Assembly: GCA_963676915.2 (NCBI GenBank)
Contig: CAXXVK010000027.1
Span: 69,797-133,796, forward strand
Origin: Myxococcota bacterium
Lineage (GTDB): Bacteria > Myxococcota_A > SURF-8 > G963663525
Direction: 5' to 3'
Length of the DNA: 64,000 nt
Shown in pieces: positions 39,009-48,826 of the stretch. Below the pieces are notes generated by a model. The model had not been told where the DNA came from and made no database searches. It saw only the letters and a list, made by a program, of their open reading frames with translations. Position 1 is the stretch's first letter, and each line of letters opens with the position of its first letter. The position numbers and the translations under genes were made by a program.

Positions 39009-40844
39009 ATGAACCGGCGTTTCGTTTTTTGGGGTCTTTTGTGCTTCGTGGTGGCTTTTTCCGTAAGCTTCGTAGGTTGTTTCGAAACCGAAACGACGAA
39101 ATACATCCAGGATACGGGTGACGTAGACCAGAATGACAGCAGCGAGACGGCTGTCCTGTACGGTTGCCAGTCCAATCTCGATTGTAGCTATGGCAAAACT
39201 TGTTTCAATGGAGAATGCCGCACGTATTGCGTCAGTGCTTCGACGTGCTCGAACGGTGAAATCTGCCGGAACGACATCTGCGCTCCCGTCGGAGCTTCTG
39301 TTACGAGTTGCTCTCAGACCGGTCAATGCCTGAACGGCCTGATTTGTATCAACGGTTGGTGCCGCACGTATTGCGATGTCGAGCAGGATTGCGCCACCGG
39401 CGAAGTCTGCCGGGACCATCTATGTACGACACCGATTCCCTGTCAGGGGGATTCTCAATGTCCAGTCGGCCAGGATTGTTATCAAAACCGCTGCTATACC
39501 ACCTGCACCGTAGACAACCAGTGTCTGAGCGAAGATTCCTGCACTAGCGGTGTGTGCCTGCCGGAGTCGGAAGCCGACGGCGACCTGGACGACGATTTCG
39601 GTGAGACCGATGGGGCGGAATGGCCTGAAATCGACCAGGATGATACGGAAACGCCCGAAGATGTTTATTGTGAAGCGATATGCAACGGACGTTGCGGAAG
39701 TTTAGGAGGTTGCGATTGCGGAGGTTGCCAGGATGGCGAAGTTTGCAATGGGAACTACTGTGTTCCCGATGTGGACTGCATTGTCGATGAAGATTGCGGA
39801 GAAAAAACCTGCGATGCCTGGTCGCGTTGCCAGGATTTCGTCACACAGTGTTCACCCTATGGAACCCGCTATCGAGACTGCAACGATCCTTTCTGCGCCG
39901 ATCACGAGTGCTATTACCAGAACAGTTATGAGGAGAGCGATAGCTGCTATCGCGATCCCTCGGGACTGTCTTGCGATGCCGGGTGGGGTGAAGGTTCGGG
40001 TACCTGTGACGAGGACGGCTACTGCATCGCCGATTCTGACGGCGATACCGAAGACGACTGTCCCGCCGTGGAAATCATAGGACCGGAGACCGCTGAAATT
40101 GGCGGTGCGGTGACGCTCCAAGTGGATGTTGGGGAAGAGGATGCCGTGGCGATAGAAAACATTCGCTGGAGTTTCACGGAGTTACCCACGGACGCTTCGA
40201 ATTTCATCGTTCTGCAGGATATCCAAGGAACCCCCATTGAAAATGTCATGGGTACGGCAATGACCGTCTCGTATGTTCCGGTTCTATCGGGAGTCTACAA
40301 GACGAAGATCGAAATCTTCTGGGCCGATTCCGATTGCCCGTACAGCGAGGTCGAACACACCTTAGGAGTAGGGCTGAACGATCCACTGCAACTGGTGATT
40401 TTGTGGCAAAACAGCAGCAACGATTTCGATATTCACCTGGTTCAGGGAGATGGGTCGGTTTCCCATGGAAGCGAGTCCGCCACCTGGGATTGTCACTGGT
40501 CGAACTGTACGACCGCGCACGATCCATTGGATTGGGGACAGAGTGGAACGGGCGGAAATCCCCTGTTGATTCGGGATGATGTCCAAGGATTCGGTCCCGA
40601 GGCAATCAAGGTTCAGGAACCGATCTGGGACGGACAATACATCTTTGCCGTCGAATGGTATTCGGGGACAAGCAGTTCCCACAGGGTCGAAGCCTGGGTC
40701 TATTCCTACGGGGAACGTCTGCTGCATTCGGTCGGCGATCAATTCCCTGGGGCGAATTATCACTGGAACGTTGCCGGAATACTGGTCAGCGAAGGAGTTC
40801 CCTACGTCGTCTCTGCAAATGACTACGCCGCGACGGGGGAATAA
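39009..40844 (+). CDS. Cys-rich lipoprotein with C-terminal YfaP/DUF2135-like domain
   Basis: Lipobox FVG-C; three tandem 8-Cys repeats; acidic linkers; DFDIHL...DDVQGFGPEAI. Confidence 0.75.
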   Translation: MNRRFVFWGLLCFVVAFSVSFVGCFETETTKYIQDTGDVDQNDSSETAVLYGCQSNLDCSYGKTCFNGECRTYCVSASTCSNGEICRNDICAPVGASVTSCSQTGQCLNGLICINGWCRTYCDVEQDCATGEVCRDHLCTTPIPCQGDSQCPVGQDCYQNRCYTTCTVDNQCLSEDSCTSGVCLPESEADGDLDDDFGETDGAEWPEIDQDDTETPEDVYCEAICNGRCGSLGGCDCGGCQDGEVCNGNYCVPDVDCIVDEDCGEKTCDAWSRCQDFVTQCSPYGTRYRDCNDPFCADHECYYQNSYEESDSCYRDPSGLSCDAGWGEGSGTCDEDGYCIADSDGDTEDDCPAVEIIGPETAEIGGAVTLQVDVGEEDAVAIENIRWSFTELPTDASNFIVLQDIQGTPIENVMGTAMTVSYVPVLSGVYKTKIEIFWADSDCPYSEVEHTLGVGLNDPLQLVILWQNSSNDFDIHLVQGDGSVSHGSESATWDCHWSNCTTAHDPLDWGQSGTGGNPLLIRDDVQGFGPEAIKVQEPIWDGQYIFAVEWYSGTSSSHRVEAWVYSYGERLLHSVGDQFPGANYHWNVAGILVSEGVPYVVSANDYAATGE

Positions 40845-40977
40845 CCAGCATCCGATTCCGCGAAATCCCTGGAAAAAGAGCCGTGAATTCTTGAGGGGTG
40901 GTGTTTTTCACGAGGGCGTGGTAGGCTCTCGTTCGATAGTGGCACAATCCTTTCGTTTTATTTTCGGACGTACGTTC

Positions 40978-42028
40978 ATGCAGCACGTTTTTCTAACCGG
41001 CAGTTCGGGATATCTGGGATCTCAGGTGTTGGCCAAATTGCGTGACGAGGGATATCCAACGCGTACGCTGGATACCGAGTGGTTTGAAAAAGATGAACGA
41101 AAATGTGCAACCCATGAAAATCACTTAAAAAAAGATTTGCGTGACGTGCTTCCCGACGACCTCGCCGGGGTTCGGTCGGTGATTCATGCGGCGGCGATTT
41201 CCAGCTATGCCGCCGCCGAGAGCTATCCCGAAGCGACACGACAAATCAATGTCGAGGGAACGCGGCGGCTGGCCGAAGCGGCCAAACGGGCCGGAGTCGA
41301 GCGCTTCGTGTTTTTTTTCCACCGCCAGCGTCTACGAGTCGTTCGAAGGGGAATGGGCCGACGAAGACAGCCCCGTGGCTCCCCATTCTCCGTACAGCAA
41401 ATCGAAACTCGATGCCGAACGGGTGTTGCTCGATCTGACGGATTCCCGTTTCAAACCGGTGATTTTGCGATTGCCGACGCTGTTCGGCGACTCCGAAAGC
41501 CTGCGCCTCGATGTGATCGTCAACAAGCTGGTGTTGCGACTGCTCAACGGTCTGCCGTTGGAAATCCACGGAGAAGGGCGGCAGTTCCGGCCTTTCGCGC
41601 ACGTCGCCGACGTGGCCCGCATGGCGGTCAAAGCCTTGGAATTTTCTTTGGAAAACCGGGAAAACCTCATTGTCAATACCTGCCTGGAGAAGCTAAACTT
41701 TTCGGTGCGCGAGGTGGTGGAAGCCGTGGCGAATCCCTTCCCCAAGGCGGTTGTCACCCAGGGAACCCACCTCGATCTTTCGAAAATCACCTACCGGGTG
41801 CGTTCCAACGTTCTCGGAGAGTGGTTTGGCGAAGAGGATTTTGCGGGCGATCTGAAACCCGCGATCCTGCAATTGTACGAACACTATCGCAAAGAACCGT
41901 TGAAACCCTACGAGCGCATCATGGCGGTTCGTTGCGAATGGCTCGATCGCCTGGTGTCTGAAGGACGCCTCGACCGGGACATGCGTTCGGCAGAACCACT
42001 TTCGAGCGGACAACTTGGGTGCCGATGA
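40978..42028 (+). pseudogene. NAD-dependent epimerase/dehydratase, frameshifted at a T8 tract
   Basis: TGSSGYLG Rossmann motif in one frame and STASVY...YSKSK in the next; T8 at 41311-41318 would read RFVFFSTAS as T7. Confidence 0.85.
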
Positions 42029-43749
42029 AGATTTTAGGCTTGAACATCAGCGGGTATATTTCCTCGGCTGCACTGGCGTCGGATGGTCGGATCGTCGCGG
42101 CCAGTTGCGAGGAACGCTACACTCGGATCAAACGAGACCGTGCATTTCCTTCGAACGCCATCGCCCACGCACTCGATGCGGGTGGTTGCTCGCCGGAGGA
42201 ACTCGATGCGGTGGTGGTAGCCTGGAACCCCTCGAAAAACCTCCATAAAAATCTCGGTTTGCTTCAAGAAGCCAACCGGGCGAGGGCCAAATATCTCACG
42301 TACGTTCCCAACGAACTGGCGTCGTGGTTCGACGAAGAAAGCTCGCAAGAAACCGAACTGCGCCTGTTCGGAAAACCGCTGGTCTACATCGATCATCACC
42401 TGGCCCACGCGGCGAGTACCTGTTTCACCTCGCCCTGGGATCGTGCCGCCGTGGTGAGTGTCGATGCTTTCGGAGAAAACGATACCCTGGTTATCGGGCG
42501 AGTGGAGAACGGGACGATCACGTTCGACACCCGCATCGGTTTTCCGCACTCGTTGGGGTCTTTTTATAGTTATTTCACGGAGTTTCTGGGATTTTGCGGG
42601 GATGCCGACGAATACAAGGTCATGGCTCTGGGAGCCTACGCCGATCCCGATGAAGCGGCGGAGTTGGCGAAGAACGTCGCCAAGACCTATACGGCGGACA
42701 TTTCGGGCGACGAACTCGTGTTCGAAATGGATCTCAACCTTTTCGACCATTACCTGTTCCATCGCTCTCACGATTTTTCCGCGCTCTCGCGCTTGTTGGG
42801 CATGGCAGCGCGACGACCGAACGATCTGCTGGAACCTCGTCATTTCGCGCTGGCTCATGCGGTGCAATATCATTTCGAAAAGATTTTGGATGCGATTCTT
42901 TCGTTCGCAGCAAAAACCACGGGCGAGTCGTTGGTTTGCCTGTCGGGTGGGTGTTTTATGAATTCGCTGGCCAACGGCAAGCTGGCGAGAGAATGCCGTC
43001 ATTTCAAAGACATGCACATTCCTCCCTATCCCGATGACAGCGGCACGGCCATCGGTGCGGCCTTGTACGGTCAGTTTCATTCCAAGCCGGGCAAACACCG
43101 CTTCGAGCGACACAATTTTTTCGGACCGCAAGAGACAACCGAAACCTTCGAAGCACTTTTGTCACAGCGGAAAATTCCCTTTCTGCGTCTGGACGATCCC
43201 GCCGCCGAACTGGCCGAACGGCTGGAGCGGGGAGAGATCGTAGGGCATGTCTCCGGCCCGATGGAATTCGGCCAGCGCGCTCTTGGAAACCGCAGCATTT
43301 TCGCCGATCCTCGCCTCCCGGACGTGCGAGACAAGATCAACGAGAGCATCAAAAACCGCGAGTGGTTCCGGCCTTATGCCGCCTCGGTGTTGGCCGAAGA
43401 AGCTGCAAAAGTATTCGACGTGCCGAAGGGATTTCGTTCGGATTTCATGGAAAAAGTCGTGCCGGTTCGGTCGGAATGGGCGGAGCGTATCAAAGGATTG
43501 CTGCACGCCGATGGCACGGTTCGCCTGCAAACCGTGGAAAAGCAAACGAATCCGAGGCTTTATGCCATGTTACGGCACTTTTTTAAACGGACCGGCGTGC
43601 CTCTCGTGCTCAATACGTCGTTCAACGTCAAGGGCGAACCTATTGTCCTCGACGGAGCACAGGCGATCCGCACGTTCTATTCTTGCGGGCTGGATACTCT
43701 GATTCTCGACAACCTCTGCATCGTCAAGCAAGGAAACCCGCCTCGATGA
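42025..43749 (+). CDS. O-carbamoyltransferase (CmcH/NodU/TobZ family)
   Basis: EERYTRIK, HHLAHAAS, EYKVMALG, EFGQRALGNRSI, LNTSFN; ATGA overlap with the upstream gene. Confidence 0.95.
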   Translation: MKILGLNISGYISSAALASDGRIVAASCEERYTRIKRDRAFPSNAIAHALDAGGCSPEELDAVVVAWNPSKNLHKNLGLLQEANRARAKYLTYVPNELASWFDEESSQETELRLFGKPLVYIDHHLAHAASTCFTSPWDRAAVVSVDAFGENDTLVIGRVENGTITFDTRIGFPHSLGSFYSYFTEFLGFCGDADEYKVMALGAYADPDEAAELAKNVAKTYTADISGDELVFEMDLNLFDHYLFHRSHDFSALSRLLGMAARRPNDLLEPRHFALAHAVQYHFEKILDAILSFAAKTTGESLVCLSGGCFMNSLANGKLARECRHFKDMHIPPYPDDSGTAIGAALYGQFHSKPGKHRFERHNFFGPQETTETFEALLSQRKIPFLRLDDPAAELAERLERGEIVGHVSGPMEFGQRALGNRSIFADPRLPDVRDKINESIKNREWFRPYAASVLAEEAAKVFDVPKGFRSDFMEKVVPVRSEWAERIKGLLHADGTVRLQTVEKQTNPRLYAMLRHFFKRTGVPLVLNTSFNVKGEPIVLDGAQAIRTFYSCGLDTLILDNLCIVKQGNPPR

Positions 43750-45170
43750 ACGTCCTGTTGCTCAATCCGATCACCCGCGACGGCATCAAAACCCTGCGTG
43801 TGGGACGCTGCCAGGGAAAGATGATGGTCGGGCTGTGGCCGAACATCGAGTACGGCTTTCTATTCGCGATGTTGCAGGAAGACGGCTTCGACGTACATTT
43901 TCTCGACGCCAACCATGAAGGACTGACTTTCGAGGAGATGTTGAAGCGAGTGGAGGAGATCCGACCGGACCTGCTCTTCGTGCTTTCCATCACCGCCACC
44001 TTGGAAGACGATCTGGCCATCGGCGAACGTCTGGCTTCTCGATTGCCGGAAACCCGTTTCATCTACTGGGGAACCCATGCCACGGTCCGACCCGAGGATT
44101 ACCTCAAAACCGACCGGTACATCGTCATCCGGCGCGAACCGGAAGAAACCGGTCTGGATCTGTGCCGCGCTCTTCGCGATGGCGTGCAGGAACTGGAGAC
44201 GATTCCCGGCGTAAGTTACCGTACTGACGGCAAAAACCTTCACGCTCCCGACAGACCGTTTTCAAAAGATCTCGACGATTTACCCATCCCCGCCTATCGG
44301 GAAATCGGGACGGGAAGTCATCTTGCCACCGACACGCAACGACCGTTTGCGCTGATCAAAACCTCTCGTGGATGTCCCCAGCGCTGTGCCTTTTGCACGG
44401 TGCATGCTTTTCACGGAGCGCGCTGGCGGCCTCGCTCGCCCGAGAAAATCATCGAGGAAATCCGCACCATCCGTTCGTTCTCCGACGTGGACGATTTCTT
44501 CTTCCAATCGGATCTCTTCAGCAAAGACCGTGCTTGGACGGTCGAGTTGTGCGAACGCCTGATCGAAGCCGATTTCGGAATTACCTGGTTCAGCAACAGT
44601 CGTGTGGATACCCTGGACGAAGACCTGTTGCGTCTGATGAAGCGTTCGGGATGCCGTCTTGTGGCTTTGGGGGTGGAATCCGGCTCGGACCAGGTATTAT
44701 CCGCCATCCATAAAGGCACGACGGCACAATGTGCCCGCCGGACCATCGAAGCCTGTAAAAAGGCGGGGCTTCCATCTCTGACCTACTGGGTTTTCGGACT
44801 GGAGGGAGAAACGCCCGAAACCATTGATGAAACGCTGCGGTTCATTCGGGAGGTTCACCCGGACTACGCCCATTTTTATTCTCCCACACCGCTGCCGGGA
44901 AGTCGTTTGTACAAGCAACTCGACATCGCCGGGCAGATCGAAAAAGGAAATCTGACCTGGAGAGACTTTTTTCAGGGTGTTTCCAGCCGCTTCATTGCGT
45001 CGACTGTGAGCCGAAAAGATGTTGAAAAAGCGATTTCTACGGCCTATTTACAATTTTATACCGATCCAAGGCGTATTTTGCGAGAACTGTCCGGTACGCA
45101 TAATCTCAGAAATCTATTTGGAAAAGCCGCAACATTGGTTACTATGATACGGAATTACGTCATTCGCTAA
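43746..45170 (+). CDS. Cobalamin-binding radical SAM protein
   Basis: N-terminal B12-binding-like domain; SRGCPQRCAFC; GVESGS; ATGA overlap. Confidence 0.9.
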   Translation: MNVLLLNPITRDGIKTLRVGRCQGKMMVGLWPNIEYGFLFAMLQEDGFDVHFLDANHEGLTFEEMLKRVEEIRPDLLFVLSITATLEDDLAIGERLASRLPETRFIYWGTHATVRPEDYLKTDRYIVIRREPEETGLDLCRALRDGVQELETIPGVSYRTDGKNLHAPDRPFSKDLDDLPIPAYREIGTGSHLATDTQRPFALIKTSRGCPQRCAFCTVHAFHGARWRPRSPEKIIEEIRTIRSFSDVDDFFFQSDLFSKDRAWTVELCERLIEADFGITWFSNSRVDTLDEDLLRLMKRSGCRLVALGVESGSDQVLSAIHKGTTAQCARRTIEACKKAGLPSLTYWVFGLEGETPETIDETLRFIREVHPDYAHFYSPTPLPGSRLYKQLDIAGQIEKGNLTWRDFFQGVSSRFIASTVSRKDVEKAISTAYLQFYTDPRRILRELSGTHNLRNLFGKAATLVTMIRNYVIR

Positions 45171-45200
45171 ACAAAACGTAGGGCGGGGGAAGGAGAGGGG

Positions 45201-46362
45201 ATGCGGATTCCTCGGCAGAAAGTCGAGTTTTACCGGCATGGTCTGGGGGGAAAAAGAACTTGCCGGTGTGCAAAAAGTCTTAAGCGGACTGTTTTTGACG
45301 ACCGGCCCCGAAACCATAGCCTTCGAAAAAGAATTCGCCGAATTCCTGGGTGTTTCCCATGCGATAGGTGTTTCCAGTTGCACGATGGCGCTCGTTTTGG
45401 CGCTCAAAGCGTTGGGAGTCGGTCAAGGGGATGAGGTTGTCACCACACCGATGACCTACGTTGCGACCGCCAACGCGATTTTGCACGCAGGGGCAACGCC
45501 GGTTTTCGTCGATGTGGAACCCGACACCGGGAACCTCGATGTCTCCGAAATCGAAGCGGTTTTGAACGAAAAGACCCGAGCGATTCTCCCCGTGCATCTG
45601 TATGGTGCGATGTGCGACATGCAAGCCTTGCGGGAGTTGGCACAGCGAAAGAATCTCCATGTGATCGAAGATGGCGCTCACTGTGTCGAAGGCACCCGCG
45701 ACGGTCTTCAGCCCGGACAGGCCGGAGACGCCGCCTGCTTCAGTTTCTACGCGACGAAAAACCTTTCCTCGGGCGAGGGCGGGATGGTCGTCACGAACCA
45801 TTCCGAAACGGCGGAGCGATTGCGCCGCCTGCGAAACCAGGGCGTAGATCGCGACGCCGCCACGCGCTACAAAAAAACCATCGGTGGTTGGGACCAGACC
45901 GAGCTGGGATACAAGGCGAACCTTTCGGATATTCAAGCCGCCATGCTGCGTCCCCAACTTGCTCGTATCGGAGAAATCCGCGAGAAACGACAAACGCTGG
46001 CTCGGCGCTACGACGAAGCTTTTTCCGATGTACCCGGCGTGGAGCCGATGAAGGTTCCCGAAGGCGCCACGAGCGCCCGCCATCTTTACACAATTCGTAC
46101 CGCTCCGAAGCTGCGTGACGCAACGATGGAATATCTCAAGGAAAACGGCGTCGGAACGGCCATCAACTATCGCGCCATTCATCAACTTACGTACCTGAGA
46201 AAACGCCTGGGTTACCGGGACGGTTCGTTTCCCATTGCGGAAAAGATCGGCGATTCGACGATCAGCCTTCCTTTTTATACGTCGCTGAGTTTCGACGAGC
46301 AGGATTACGTCATCGCCTTGTTGCGCGAGCGATTCGGAAAGGACGCGACGCAAGATGAGTGA
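45201..46362 (+). CDS. DegT/DnrJ/EryC1/StrS aminotransferase, apparent +1 frameshift near the 5' end
   Basis: SSCTMAL, PVHLYG, EDGAH, FSFYATKN PLP lysine; RBS-supported start at 45201 joins the main frame only if G6 (45245-45250) is G5. Confidence 0.88.
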
Positions 46363-47746
46363 TTTCCCCGCAGACATTTTCGTTGCCGGAGCCGGAATCA
46401 CCGGGCTGGGCGCGGCGCACGGGCTAAAAGGACGATCTGCGGCGGTGATCGAGCGCCGTCCCTTCGTCGGAGGCATGGCCGCTACACGAGTTCGCGACGA
46501 CTTGCGCTATCATGCGGGCGTACACCTGCTGCATCCGTCCTCCAAAGAGTTGCAACCGCTGATTCGGGAATTCGTCGAGATGATGCAGGGTGACCTTAGA
46601 ACGCTACGCCCCAATTCCAAAATTCACTTCGATGGCCGTTTCATTCCCTATCCTTTCACGGGAATGGATCTTCTTCGGACGCTCGGCCCGTCTTCGGTAG
46701 GACGAATCGGCCTGAGCGCAATGCGATCCTGGGCGGGAAACATCGTATTCGACAGAATGAGGAACAAGGCGGATTCCTTCGAAAACGTGGTGGTGCGAAC
46801 CTACGGCCGGAAGCTCTACAATCTGTTTTTCAGGGATTACACCCACAAAGTGTTGGGCGTTGATCCGTCCGGCATCTCGGGAGACTGGGCGCGCTTGCGG
46901 GTACCGTTGCCGACGCGCTCCAGCTTTTTACGCTCGATGGTGGGGTTGGGGGTCGGTAACGAGGTGGATCACTCCCACTTCCCCGAAAATCGGGAACAGG
47001 CTGTTGGCGAAGACGGCCTGACCTCGCTGTTCGAACGTATCGTATCCGACGTGAAAAAGGATGTTTCGTTTCACTTCGGCACGACATTGAACAAAGTTCA
47101 CCTGTCCGATGGGCGTGTTTCGGCCCTGAGCTTGCAAGACGAAGACGGAAACATCGCTCGGCATGACTGCCAAACTTTGATTTCCACGATTCCCCTGACG
47201 CATTTGATTCAGCGCCTCGATCCTCCCGCACCGCCGGAGGTTCTGGCTGCGGCGCAGACCTTGCGATTTCGGGGACTGATTTTCGTGTTTTTGCTCGTCG
47301 AACGGAAACGCCTGTTCGATCCGCATTGGATCTATTTTCAATCGCCGGAGTTGGTATTCAACCGGGTTTCGGAGTTCAAAGCCCTGGTGCCGGAATACCT
47401 GGACGGATCTCGGACGCTTGCCTGCTTCGAGATTTCCGCCGAACCCGGTGGAGAACTCTGGCAGAGCGCAGACGATGCGCTGGTCGGAAAAACCTTGCGC
47501 GATCTGAAAACCGTACTTCCCGGTTTTTCGGACGCCGAAGTGCTGGACGCCTTTGTGGACCGGGAAGATTTTGCCTACCCGGCCTGGCTGGCAGGATATC
47601 GCGACCCTCTCGCTACCGTGCTGAACTATCTGGATCGCCTTGGGGGGCTGATCACGGTGGGACGACAGGGACGCTTCGATTACCTCAACCTCGATCAATG
47701 CTTCCACGCGGGCAGGGAAGCGGCGATGTCCCTCAAGGAGAATTGA
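46355..47746 (+). CDS. FAD-dependent oxidoreductase (UDP-galactopyranose mutase/HemY-like fold)
   Basis: GAGITG, VGGMA, GRQGRFDYLNLD. Confidence 0.8.
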   Translation: MSDFPADIFVAGAGITGLGAAHGLKGRSAAVIERRPFVGGMAATRVRDDLRYHAGVHLLHPSSKELQPLIREFVEMMQGDLRTLRPNSKIHFDGRFIPYPFTGMDLLRTLGPSSVGRIGLSAMRSWAGNIVFDRMRNKADSFENVVVRTYGRKLYNLFFRDYTHKVLGVDPSGISGDWARLRVPLPTRSSFLRSMVGLGVGNEVDHSHFPENREQAVGEDGLTSLFERIVSDVKKDVSFHFGTTLNKVHLSDGRVSALSLQDEDGNIARHDCQTLISTIPLTHLIQRLDPPAPPEVLAAAQTLRFRGLIFVFLLVERKRLFDPHWIYFQSPELVFNRVSEFKALVPEYLDGSRTLACFEISAEPGGELWQSADDALVGKTLRDLKTVLPGFSDAEVLDAFVDREDFAYPAWLAGYRDPLATVLNYLDRLGGLITVGRQGRFDYLNLDQCFHAGREAAMSLKEN

Positions 47747-47756
47747 CGGCCTGAAC

Positions 47757-48824
47757 ATGAAACGCTGCACGAAATGCATCACTCCCGAAACCTGGCCCGA
47801 GCTTCGTTTCGACCGCCGGGGCGTTTGCAATCTTTGTCGTTCCTATGAAAAGAAATGGGGGAAATGGTTACGAGATGAAAAAGTGCGAGACGCTTCGTTT
47901 CGTCGCTTTCAACGCATCCTCGATGCCAAAAAAGGAAAGAATTCATCTTCTTATGATCTTCTCGTTCCGGTCAGTGGAGGCAAAGACAGCCTGTACGTTC
48001 TCTGGTGGCTGAAAGAAAACACCGATCATTCGATTCTTACCTACACCTATGACAACGGTCTGATGAATCCCGTAGCGCTCGAAAACATTCGAATCGCTAC
48101 CGAGGCTTTGGGGGTCGATCATGTTTTGGAACAGCACGATTTCCAAATCGACCTCATGCGCCATTTCCTGGTGAAATCCGGGAATTTCTGCGGTGCCTGC
48201 GTGATTCCGTATTTGGTCGGTTCCTATTACACGGCGAAAAAATACAGGATACCGTTGTTGATATTCGGGCTGGCGAAACGTAGCGACTCCAATCTTCCCG
48301 AGGGCATGAATCCGTTCTTTTTCCGCAATGTCGTACTGGACGGTTTCGGGATGCAACGGCTGCTCGACCTTTGGGGACGCGATCCCATTTCGAGTTTCGG
48401 CTGGGATTTTTTGAAAGGCGTCATCCGAGTGTTGAACCTCCCCGACTACGTTCCGTGGGACGAGGATGTCAACCGGGTATTGTTGATCGAAAAACTCGGC
48501 GTGCAATTGGACAAAGAGCACGAGGATTGTTTAGGGTATGAAGTGGCCGACTGGCTGGCGGTGAAACGCTACGGGTTCGGTCATCCGACCTCCAAGTTGA
48601 GTCAGTGGATTCGGCACGGAAAAATTACTCGGCAGGAAGCGTTGGAGCGCCTGCCTTTGCTCGAATCGACGACATTGCCCGATTCGGCGCGAGTTTTGAT
48701 GGAACGGCTGGAGATTTCGGAAGAGGAACTACTGGAAGCCTCGAAACGCTCGATGAAGCCGTATTTCACGGGATGGGGCAACTCCATCGCCGTGTTTCAT
48801 CGACGAAAATATTTAGGCAGGTAA
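47757..48824 (+). CDS. PP-loop N-acetyl-sugar amidotransferase-like protein (WbpG/WbuX-like)
   Basis: RCTKC...GVCNLC, SGGKDS, CGAC, IRHGKITRQEAL. Confidence 0.75.
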   Translation: MKRCTKCITPETWPELRFDRRGVCNLCRSYEKKWGKWLRDEKVRDASFRRFQRILDAKKGKNSSSYDLLVPVSGGKDSLYVLWWLKENTDHSILTYTYDNGLMNPVALENIRIATEALGVDHVLEQHDFQIDLMRHFLVKSGNFCGACVIPYLVGSYYTAKKYRIPLLIFGLAKRSDSNLPEGMNPFFFRNVVLDGFGMQRLLDLWGRDPISSFGWDFLKGVIRVLNLPDYVPWDEDVNRVLLIEKLGVQLDKEHEDCLGYEVADWLAVKRYGFGHPTSKLSQWIRHGKITRQEALERLPLLESTTLPDSARVLMERLEISEEELLEASKRSMKPYFTGWGNSIAVFHRRKYLGR

Positions 48825-48826
48825 CC

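Noticed and set aside
40912-40926. ops/JUMPstart-like GGCGTGGTAG before the glycan operon
   Set aside because: Does not match the GGCGGTAG core; too weak to call
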